From the NCBI GenBank assembly GCA_027622635.1, contig JAQBYK010000001.1, positions 1-29,692 of the forward strand: a DNA stretch of 29,692 nucleotides, in the 5' to 3' direction. Numbering within the stretch: the first letter of the stretch is position 1; every line of letters starts with the position of its first letter. Origin of the DNA: a bacterium. Lineage in GTDB: Bacteria > Patescibacteriota > Gracilibacteria > UBA1369 > LOWO2-01-FULL-3. Shown here piece after piece: positions 8,668 to 15,449 of this stretch. A program made the position numbers and the translations under genes. Under the pieces are notes generated by a model. That model was not told the origin of the DNA. It worked only from the letters and a program-made list of their open reading frames with translations, and made no database searches.

Positions 8668-8884
8668 AGTGCGAAATGAAGCCGGCGTACTTGCCCGCAT
8701 AACCACTCGTATTCGCAAATTCCAGGTTAACATCAGATCTCTTGATGTTGCCCCAATTGATGAGAAGGAAAAATTCTCAGATATTCATATGGTGTTGGAA
8801 ACTGAAAAATCAGACATCACTACAATCATGAAAAAGACCGAGAGTCTAATTCCGGTGGTTGAGGCCTTTTATGAAAAACAATAA
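8633..8884 (+). CDS. ilvN: AHAS small regulatory subunit (single ACT domain, 83 aa)
   Basis: MTKKTYYKVTLRVRNEAGVLARI..VNIRSLDV ACT signature. ATG at 8633 is preferred over 8579 and overlaps the ilvB end by 35 nt. Confidence 0.82.
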   Translation: MTKKTYYKVTLRVRNEAGVLARITTRIRKFQVNIRSLDVAPIDEKEKFSDIHMVLETEKSDITTIMKKTESLIPVVEAFYEKQ

Positions 8885-8885
8885 C

Positions 8886-10058
8886 TTAGTACATTCCCAA
8901 AAGCGTTAGTTTCTCAGTAAGTTTTGCTTTAAGCTCCACCCTTCTGGCATCTCCAACAAAGGCGGTAGCAACGCCATTTTTGGCAATCTGTGCCATGTCC
9001 TCAGGTCTAAGATACAACCTTGCTCCACATTGTTTAAGCATATCCATAACACTCGAAACCCCAAAAAATAATGGGTCGTCAGTACAAATTGTAGCTTTAA
9101 TGCCACGTTCAAGAAACTGACGCAAGGGACTATGTCTCAAAGGTGTAAATCGCATTAGGTCGTTGCTCACCGGGCAGGTTTCAACTCCAATCCCTCTCTC
9201 TTTTGCCAAAGTCATTAATATAGGATCTATAGACATAGATGTCCCATGTCCGATACGCCTGGCTCCCAATTGTAGTATTGCATCTTCCACAAAACTTGGC
9301 GGCGCACCCTCGTATTGTGGGTATTCCCCTTGTTCACCGGCATGAACGGTCAATGGAACACCGGCATCTCTGGCAGGAGACAAAACATCCAAAAATCTCT
9401 TTGGTGGATACTGTGCATTTTCAATTCCGGCAATATCTATTCCTACCGGATTGTCTGGATCATAGAGTTCCAAAACTGCATCAACGACATGCCTAGCTTG
9501 ATCTTTTAGAGGATCATAATTTTTGGGATTGTAGTCGGCATCCTCAGGAGTTATCAATCCTTTCTCCCGGCTAAAACAAGAAATAAAAGTCCCGGAAACC
9601 CCAAAGTCATCATATGCCCGATTAATACCTGCCTGCATAGCTGCAATAACATTTTTTATGGGAGCTCCGACCGGACCGGATAGAGACATAGGAGAGGCTC
9701 TGAGCTCAGCATGAATACTCCCTGCTTCATGCTCTCCTTTCATTTGTTCATAAGCAGCGTATTCCAGATCATCTTCACTTCCAAAAACCGAGGACAACAT
9801 CCTATAAGCATTAAGGAAATTCACAATTCCATCACTCTCTGAAAATCCATTTACTACACTATCGACATAGGCCCGTATAGAGTCAGGATCTTGTGGATCT
9901 ACTCCATCAACGACTTCCCCTTCTCTTGTTAAGAATTTTTCAATCCCATTTCTTTGAGCTAAAGTGGCAATTACTTCAGGAGTCATCCCAGCTTCGAAGT
10001 GACGATGCAATTCGACTGTCGGAATTTTGTCTATTTGTGGTGCAGCTAATCCAGCCAT
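8886..10058 (-). CDS. add: Adenosine deaminase family amidohydrolase
   Basis: ELHRHFE (HxH), HAGE, RIGHG, ETCPVSN, TDD metal/catalytic motifs all intact. ATG at 10058; alternative TTG start at 10079. Confidence 0.85.
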   Translation of the reverse strand: MAGLAAPQIDKIPTVELHRHFEAGMTPEVIATLAQRNGIEKFLTREGEVVDGVDPQDPDSIRAYVDSVVNGFSESDGIVNFLNAYRMLSSVFGSEDDLEYAAYEQMKGEHEAGSIHAELRASPMSLSGPVGAPIKNVIAAMQAGINRAYDDFGVSGTFISCFSREKGLITPEDADYNPKNYDPLKDQARHVVDAVLELYDPDNPVGIDIAGIENAQYPPKRFLDVLSPARDAGVPLTVHAGEQGEYPQYEGAPPSFVEDAILQLGARRIGHGTSMSIDPILMTLAKERGIGVETCPVSNDLMRFTPLRHSPLRQFLERGIKATICTDDPLFFGVSSVMDMLKQCGARLYLRPEDMAQIAKNGVATAFVGDARRVELKAKLTEKLTLLGMY

Positions 10059-10114
10059 ATACTTTCTTAAAGTGGACAATTAAAACAGAATGGCCGGAAA
10101 AAATCAAACCTAAA

Positions 10115-10543
10115 TTATTCTATCAGACCTAAAATCAAAGTTTTAAATTCATCTCTCGCCTTCATCCCCTCGGGAGAATCATCCCCTAGACTGATTTTCC
10201 CACTGAATACTTTATCCACATGATCTCTCATCCATGGACCTCTGCCTTTAGAAAAGGCCACCCTGGTAACTCCAGGGAAATCCCTGGTAATTTCTTGGGC
10301 TACATCACTTCCACTAACATTTTCATATTCAATCCCGTCATCCCCTAGAGGCTGAAAGCCATTTGAGTTAAGAGCATAATCAATCAGCGCGACTCTGACC
10401 AAACCTAAAGCCAAAATTCCCACGGCTTCTCTAAGAGTATCAGGAGCTACCACAGCACAGTCTTCGGGCAACCATCTTTCCAAGATCTCACGTACACTCT
10501 CCCTTGTAGCAGGATCATCTTCAATAAGCAGAACTTCTTTCAT
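10115..10543 (-). CDS. Stand-alone response-regulator receiver domain protein
   Basis: VLLIEDD, ALIDY (phosphoacceptor Asp), SGSDV, VAFS, SGK; no output domain. Confidence 0.75.
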   Translation of the reverse strand: MKEVLLIEDDPATRESVREILERWLPEDCAVVAPDTLREAVGILALGLVRVALIDYALNSNGFQPLGDDGIEYENVSGSDVAQEITRDFPGVTRVAFSKGRGPWMRDHVDKVFSGKISLGDDSPEGMKARDEFKTLILGLIE

Positions 10544-10647
10544 TAACTTGGTTTTTCTTCTTCATCAATCTACTTCCCTCTCAGCTACATGAACCGATAT
10601 GGGTAATGAATTAATCGAAATAATAAAATTAACAAAAATTAGCCCGG

Positions 10648-10676
10648 AATTTACGTGATATACAGGCATTTGTCAA
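10648..10676 (-). promoter_or_regulatory. Sigma70-type promoter for the receiver/add genes
   Basis: Minus strand TTGACA (10676-10671), 17 nt, TAAATT (10653-10648). Confidence 0.6.
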
Positions 10677-11411
10677 CTATTCAGCAAGGCCGGTTCCACC
10701 ATGGAGATCTTTACCACCATTTTTGATGTATTGCTCGATAACTTTACAAGCTCTTTCGAACAATTCTGGACTATAATTTTTGAATGTATGTTCTAACTCT
10801 CGTGAAAGATCCCATGTGTATATTCGCCCCTGTTGAAACAATTTTTCAAGAATAAGAATCCGAAGTTGCACTTCAATAACAGAAGGATCGTTCGAAGGTC
10901 TTTCAGCATATTTGGTAGCGAGACGTGTTTTGTATTCGTTCATTTTACGTTGCATGACAACTCTTTTATCAGGAGGTAAAAGTATTTCAAGACTTCTTAA
11001 TTCTTCAGTTTTGTCCGTATCTGAGCTGCTATCTTCACAATATCCTTTAATGACCATCCAGGCAGATGCAAAATATTCGGCATTGTAATTAGGATAAGTT
11101 TCCCTTAATTCAGATTGAAATTGATTACTATTTACAGTTCCATCACGAAGTAACCTTTCGATGATCAATATACTTGTTGCCATTATGACAACTGACCTAT
11201 CATCATTTGGCCTGTTTTTGTACTTGGTACTAAGCCTATTTCTGTATTCAAACATTTTATTGCTAAGCTGTTCACGTTTATCATCAGGCAGCTTCAAGGA
11301 AAGTCCTTTAACTTGATGATCAGACGCTTCGCCATCGCCTGCGTTATCATCGTAGTCATCACTGCCACTATCATCATCAGGATATCTATGTGCGTTTCCA
11401 TCTTCACTCAT
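10677..11411 (-). CDS. Hypothetical protein with an acidic N-terminus and two tandem ~90 aa helical domains
   Basis: The internal repeat aligns without gaps (37 of 89 identical by hand count). ATG at 11411 is preferred because the 11447 TTG lies at or upstream of the predicted start site. Confidence 0.7.
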   Translation of the reverse strand: MSEDGNAHRYPDDDSGSDDYDDNAGDGEASDHQVKGLSLKLPDDKREQLSNKMFEYRNRLSTKYKNRPNDDRSVVIMATSILIIERLLRDGTVNSNQFQSELRETYPNYNAEYFASAWMVIKGYCEDSSSDTDKTEELRSLEILLPPDKRVVMQRKMNEYKTRLATKYAERPSNDPSVIEVQLRILILEKLFQQGRIYTWDLSRELEHTFKNYSPELFERACKVIEQYIKNGGKDLHGGTGLAE

Positions 11412-11451
11412 AGGAAAAATTGATAAAGTATTAATGCATCCCACCAAAAAT

Positions 11452-11480
11452 ATTATACCACAATTGAGGGCTTATGGCAA
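11452..11480 (-). promoter_or_regulatory. Near-consensus sigma70 promoter
   Basis: Minus strand TTGCCA (11480-11475), 17 nt ending in TGG, TATAAT (11457-11452). Confidence 0.75.
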
Positions 11481-11498
11481 AAAATCCCCGGGGATTTT
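11479..11498 (-). terminator. Palindrome/likely intrinsic terminator after yajQ
   Basis: Perfect 18 bp palindrome AAAATCCCCGGGGATTTT (11481-11498). The minus strand ends in T6, 7 nt past the yajQ stop. Confidence 0.55.
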
Positions 11499-11505
11499 CA
11501 AAAGT

Positions 11506-12000
11506 CTATCTGTAATTAGTAAATTCCAATGGCACTTTCATTGAAGAATCCGCCTTTAACCTTGCCATTATTCCCTGCAAATCATCTATTGATTTTGAAG
11601 AAACTCTCACACTGTCTCCCTGAATGGAGGCTTTTGCTTTCGAAAATTCATCACGTATCATTTTCGAAATATTTTTGGCATTCTCCTGATCCAGGCTCTT
11701 TATCAGCTCAATTTCTATTCTTACCCTCATACCGCCAACCTCCTTTATCTCCCCCCTCTTGAGAATTTTTTGAGAAAGATTCCGGCTCAACATTTTCTTC
11801 CCCAAAATATCCACAACAGACTCAACTTGGATATTACTTGGTGCGGTAATCTTGATATTCTCATCACTAAGCTCAATCTCAATATTCGCATCCTTGAGGT
11901 CAAAGCGATTTATAGCTTCTCTTTTGGCCTGATCAACGGCATTTCGGAGTTCCTGAAAATCAAACTTCACAACGATATCCATAGAATGTTCACTAGCCAT
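11506..12000 (-). CDS. yajQ: YajQ family nucleotide/c-di-GMP-binding protein
   Basis: MASEHSMDIVVKFDFQELRNAVDQ..RFDLK..KASIQGDSVRVSSKSIDDLQ..PLEFTNYR; ATG at 12000. Confidence 0.92.
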   Translation of the reverse strand: MASEHSMDIVVKFDFQELRNAVDQAKREAINRFDLKDANIEIELSDENIKITAPSNIQVESVVDILGKKMLSRNLSQKILKRGEIKEVGGMRVRIEIELIKSLDQENAKNISKMIRDEFSKAKASIQGDSVRVSSKSIDDLQGIMARLKADSSMKVPLEFTNYR

Positions 12001-12050
12001 GATTGATTCGTAAAATAACAAAGAAATTCTAACCTGATGTGCTTAATTTG

Positions 12051-12347
12051 TCAGTTTTTATTTATCACTGTCCAGATCATCTCCAAATCAATCCCAAAAT
12101 ATTTATGAACAATTCTGTTTCTCATGCCTGCAAGTTTATACCACTCCACAGAAGCATGATCGTCTTTCCAGTCTTCGGGTAGCTGTTTTGTTGCTTCCCC
12201 TATGATTTCGAAGTTTCTTACAACAGCATCAATTGTTTTTGAGTCCTCAGCAAATTCAGAAAAATTCAAGTCTTTGATATAATTGAAAATCTTTTCAATT
12301 GCTTCCGAAATATCTTCCAATAACAGATCAACTTCTCTTTTAGACAT
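12051..12347 (-). CDS. HEPN (DUF86/HepT-like) RNase toxin, possibly C-terminally truncated
   Basis: DAVVRNFEIIGEA and GMRNRIVHKY (Rx4HxY). Ends abruptly at IWTVINKN*, 98 aa. Confidence 0.82.
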   Translation of the reverse strand: MSKREVDLLLEDISEAIEKIFNYIKDLNFSEFAEDSKTIDAVVRNFEIIGEATKQLPEDWKDDHASVEWYKLAGMRNRIVHKYFGIDLEMIWTVINKN

Positions 12348-12630
12348 AAATTAGGTCTTGTGATAGTACTGCAAAATATTTCGGTTTCACCCCAGATTTT
12401 GATACCAGATCTACTCTAGTACCCACAATTTCTTCTAGCTCATTTGCTAAATCTATAAACTCCAAACCTAATGGCTCATAAAACTCCACCATCACATCCA
12501 AGTCACTCTCTTTTTTTTGTTCACCTCGAGCGTAGGAGCCAAAAATAGCGATAGTTTTTATCTTATATTTATCCTGCAATTCCTGTTTTTTACTTTGAAG
12601 TGCCCCTTTAATTTCTTCTGTAGAATGCAT
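12340..12630 (-). CDS. Minimal nucleotidyltransferase (MNT/MntA-like) antitoxin
   Basis: IFGSYARGEQKKESDLDVMV (GSx10DxD), VDLV. Overlaps the HEPN start by 8 nt. Confidence 0.88.
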   Translation of the reverse strand: MHSTEEIKGALQSKKQELQDKYKIKTIAIFGSYARGEQKKESDLDVMVEFYEPLGLEFIDLANELEEIVGTRVDLVSKSGVKPKYFAVLSQDLIYV

Positions 12631-12702
12631 ACATATATTTTACCCAAAACCAATCAATTAAGCCAGTTATTTAATTATTTTGAATTAAGTAAAAAGCCAC
12701 TC

Positions 12703-12778
12703 TGGAGCCACCTTGCGGGTTCGAACCGCAGACCTACTGTTTACAAGACAGTTGCTCTACCAGCTGAGCTAAGGTGGC
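12703..12778 (-). tRNA. tRNA-Thr(TGT)
   Basis: GCCACCTTAGCTCAGCTGGTAGAGCAACTGTCTTGTAAACAGTAGGTCTGCGGTTCGAACCCGCAAGGTGGCTCCA; 76 nt, anticodon loop CT-TGT-AA, encoded CCA. Confidence 0.97.
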
Positions 12779-12880
12779 TAATTGATTTTCATGTATCGCT
12801 TTTGCTAGCTCTTTCCTCCTCATCATCCGATTCACTGCGTTCATCGCATGCTGTGAGGATGAGCTAAGGTGGCTAATTGA
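12765..12880. repeat. 21 bp direct repeat duplicating the tRNA-Thr 5' end (12765-12785 and 12860-12880)
   Basis: TGAGCTAAGGTGGCTAATTGA occurs twice, 95 bp apart; the spacer contains a hairpin. Confidence 0.9.
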
Positions 12881-12900
12881 CGTGTCTAAAAGCACGCGGA

Positions 12901-12929
12901 ATATTATTTAAAATAAAGCCTTCTGTCAA
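12901..12929 (-). promoter_or_regulatory. Sigma70 promoter of tRNA-Thr
   Basis: Minus strand TTGACA (12929-12924), 17 nt, TAATAT (12906-12901). Confidence 0.75.
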
Positions 12930-12956
12930 TCTTTGGATTTCCTATCGATTAAGGCC

Positions 12957-13049
12957 AAAGAAAGTGGGTACAAATATTCTCAAGCGAATGGAGCGACCAT
13001 GCTTGGGCGCGACTTTTGAGCGAAGAGAATATTTGTACCCACTTTCTTT
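12957..13049. repeat. 93 bp element with 25 bp perfect inverted repeats (MITE/REP-like)
   Basis: AAAGAAAGTGGGTACAAATATTCTC (12957-12981) and GAGAATATTTGTACCCACTTTCTTT (13025-13049), with a 43 nt GC-richer core. Confidence 0.85.
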
Positions 13050-13077
13050 CCTTTTAACAAATATGTAAAATTCAACC

Positions 13078-14004
13078 ATGACAAAACTAAAAAAAGAATG
13101 CCAAAAATACCTGCCCGGAGTTCTATTCGAAGAATCACTCGAAAAATACTCAACATTCCGTATAGGCGGTAAAGCCGACTTCTTCTATAAACTCAAAAGC
13201 AACAAAGAGTTTCCAAGTATTATAAAATTCTGCATAAATGAAAATCTCCCATTCTTCATTTTCGGAGCCGGTAGCAATATTCTTTTTAGTGACAAAGGTT
13301 TCCGAGGGTTGGTCATAAAAATAGAAACTGAAAAATTAGAATTCACAGGCACAAACATAAAAGCGGATGCGGGAGTCCTTGTATCAAAACTCATCAAGGA
13401 ATCAGTTGCAAAGGGTTTGTCGGGACTTGAAAAATGGGTAGGGCTCCCGGGCACTGTAGGTGGGGCTGTACGCGGAAATGCCGGATGCAACGGTCTTGAA
13501 ACAAGAGACATCTTGATAGGAGCAACCATCTTGGATCCTAAAACAGGTAGCATACAACAAGCAAAGAATGCCTATTTTCACTATGACTATCGTTATAGCA
13601 AACTTAAAAGAACGGGAGAAATAGTTTTAGATGCAACATTTAAACTGGAGAAACGCAAATTTTCAGCCCAAAAACAGAAACAAATAATGGATGAAATCCG
13701 CAAATTCAGACAAGAAAAACAGCCATTTGGCTCTACAACAGGTTCATTTTTCAAGAATCCATCACCGGACACACCTGCAGGAATGCTGATCGACCAGGCG
13801 GGTCTCAAAGGTAAAACTATCGGTAAAGCCAAAATATCCGAAAAGCACGCCAATTTTTTTCTCAACAACGGAGGGGCTTCATACAAGGATATACTGAAAC
13901 TGGCCAAACTGGCCAAACGGCAAGTTAAAGCCAAATTTGGGGTGATATTGGAAGAAGAAGTTCAAATTCTCTCTGAAAAAGGACCCATAACACTTGCAGT
14001 CTAA
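13078..14004 (+). CDS. murB: UDP-N-acetylenolpyruvoylglucosamine reductase
   Basis: TFRIGGKA, GAGSNILF, PGTVGGAVRGNAG, GSFFKNP, HANF, LEEEV. Confidence 0.96.
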   Translation: MTKLKKECQKYLPGVLFEESLEKYSTFRIGGKADFFYKLKSNKEFPSIIKFCINENLPFFIFGAGSNILFSDKGFRGLVIKIETEKLEFTGTNIKADAGVLVSKLIKESVAKGLSGLEKWVGLPGTVGGAVRGNAGCNGLETRDILIGATILDPKTGSIQQAKNAYFHYDYRYSKLKRTGEIVLDATFKLEKRKFSAQKQKQIMDEIRKFRQEKQPFGSTTGSFFKNPSPDTPAGMLIDQAGLKGKTIGKAKISEKHANFFLNNGGASYKDILKLAKLAKRQVKAKFGVILEEEVQILSEKGPITLAV

Positions 14005-14022
14005 TCTGTTATCTGCTATAAT
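13994..14022 (+). promoter_or_regulatory. Strong sigma70 promoter of the pilin gene
   Basis: TTGCAG (13994-13999), 17 nt ending in TGc, TATAAT (14017-14022). Confidence 0.7.
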
Positions 14023-14046
14023 TACATACGAAATAACCTATTTCCT

Positions 14047-14442
14047 ATGAAATCTAAAAGTCAAATTATCAAACAGACGCTCCTAGTGTTTGCATTGATG
14101 ATCGGTGCGATCAGCCTATTCTCTGCTATTCCGATGGCAAGTGCGGTAGGACTGCTTGACGCTGGCGACAATCCAGAAGTAATTGGAGCGGCTACGGGAG
14201 GAGAAACCTCACTAAGAGGACTTATCCTAACGCTCGTTAACTACTTCCTTGGATTTTTAGGTCTCCTTGCTGTAATCATGATTATCTACGGAGGTGTCAG
14301 TTATGTGACATCTGCTGGTAATGATGAAGCTGTAGGAAAAGCTAAGAAAATCATCATGTATGCCGTTATCGGTATCATCTTGATTCTATTATCTTTCGTA
14401 CTAGTAAGAGCAGTACTCGGAGCCGGAACAGGTACTGAATAA
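14047..14442 (+). CDS. TrbC/VirB2-like pilin (CPR-type)
   Basis: Signal peptide ending ASA, then LILTLVNYFLGFLGLLAVIMIIYGGVSYVTSAGNDEAVGKAKKIIMYAVIGIIL, the two-helix T4SS-pilin pattern. Confidence 0.8.
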   Translation: MKSKSQIIKQTLLVFALMIGAISLFSAIPMASAVGLLDAGDNPEVIGAATGGETSLRGLILTLVNYFLGFLGLLAVIMIIYGGVSYVTSAGNDEAVGKAKKIIMYAVIGIILILLSFVLVRAVLGAGTGTE

Positions 14443-14509
14443 AAATTCAATACCAACAAAAAGGCAAAGAACTATACCGTTCTGAACGTAATAACTTTAT
14501 TGACCGCTT

Positions 14510-14537
14510 AAAGCCCCTGCTTGTCAGGGGTTTTTTT
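14510..14537 (+). terminator. Intrinsic terminator (probably bidirectional) between pilin and the PRC-barrel gene
   Basis: AAAG-CCCCTG-cttgt-CAGGGG-TTTTTTT. Confidence 0.85.
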
Positions 14538-14550
14538 ATTCCAAATATGC

Positions 14551-15075
14551 TTAAGCAGCGGGCATTTCTTCAAGCAAAACCGGGGATTCCTTTATCTTCT
14601 CCTTAATCTTCGTATTATCCTTGATAACAATCTTATCAGGTAGAATTTCGATAATGTCCTTTGCTGAAATAATTCTGCTTTCATACCTTACTAAACCAAG
14701 TATCCCCTTTGATACATATAGCTTCTGCAACATCAAAATATCGGTATCAACAGAAAAATCATTTACTTTTCCAAGCTTTTCGCCATTTTTAGTCTCGACT
14801 TTGTTATGAATGAGATTTATTCCTCTTTTTTGCACCTCGGAGATTCGAATAACATCATTTCCATCAATGATACTGTCAATATTGTTTATTTTGATAACTT
14901 CAGTCCAGGAAACAACATCGATAGGCACGATAACGAGGTTTTTGCTCTGATTAACTACAAAGGCAAGCAATTTGCCGGTTTCGGTGTCGATTATTAGGTC
15001 CTTAACAGTAGTAAGAGGTCGAACACTATCATCGTAAACAGGAGTACCAATTATTTTAGAATAAAGCCTATGCAT
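14551..15075 (-). CDS. PRC-barrel domain protein (two barrels)
   Basis: SKIIGTPVY..VKDLIIDTETGKLLAFVV and HNKVETKNGEKLGKVNDFSVDT..LQKLYV. Confidence 0.8.
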   Translation of the reverse strand: MHRLYSKIIGTPVYDDSVRPLTTVKDLIIDTETGKLLAFVVNQSKNLVIVPIDVVSWTEVIKINNIDSIIDGNDVIRISEVQKRGINLIHNKVETKNGEKLGKVNDFSVDTDILMLQKLYVSKGILGLVRYESRIISAKDIIEILPDKIVIKDNTKIKEKIKESPVLLEEMPAA

Positions 15076-15153
15076 GTCCCAATTATAACCTATTACCTTA
15101 AAAATCTCTTAACAATAATCATTTTATTGGATAGACTCTCCAAGAACAAATAT

Positions 15154-15230
15154 CGGGGTGTAGCTCAGTTGGCTAGAGTGCGCGCTTTGGGAGCGTGAGG
15201 CCGGAGGTTCGAGTCCTCTCACCCCGACCA
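15154..15230 (+). tRNA. tRNA-Pro(TGG)
   Basis: CGGGGTGTAGCTCAGTTGGCTAGAGTGCGCGCTTTGGGAGCGTGAGGCCGGAGGTTCGAGTCCTCTCACCCCGACCA; 77 nt, anticodon loop TT-TGG-GA, encoded CCA. Confidence 0.97.
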
Positions 15231-15272
15231 TAGAAAAAATGGCTCCGCCGCAGGTGGGGACAGTTTTTCTAT
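15225..15272. repeat. 48 bp direct repeat, left copy (tRNA-Pro 3' CGACCA plus downstream hairpin)
   Basis: CGACCATAGAAAAAATGGCTCCGCCGCAGGTGGGGACAGTTTTTCTAT, identical to 16534-16581. It folds as ATAGAAAAA..CTCCGCC-gca-GGTGGGG..TTTTTCTAT. Confidence 0.93.
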
Positions 15273-15449
15273 CTGCCCGTGAAAAGGACGAGAAACCAGG
15301 TTCGATTCAGTTCCACTTGCTAGGAATGACGACTGAAAGGAGGAAATGAGTAGGAAGAGAACCACAGATTAAAAGTTTTCAAAAAACCAGTTGACAAGAT
15401 GTGATAAGTATGATTAAATAATAAACCATTTTATTTTTAACCTAGCATT

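Noticed and set aside
8886-12702. Genomic island integrated at the tRNA-Thr 3' end
   Set aside because: No second copy of the tRNA 3' end and no integrase were seen, and the housekeeping gene yajQ lies within the interval.
15338-15350. RNase P RNA (GAGGAAAGUCC) or hammerhead ribozyme core
   Set aside because: GAGGAAA is followed by TGAG rather than GTCC, the 3' P4 strand is absent, and there is no CTGANGA core.
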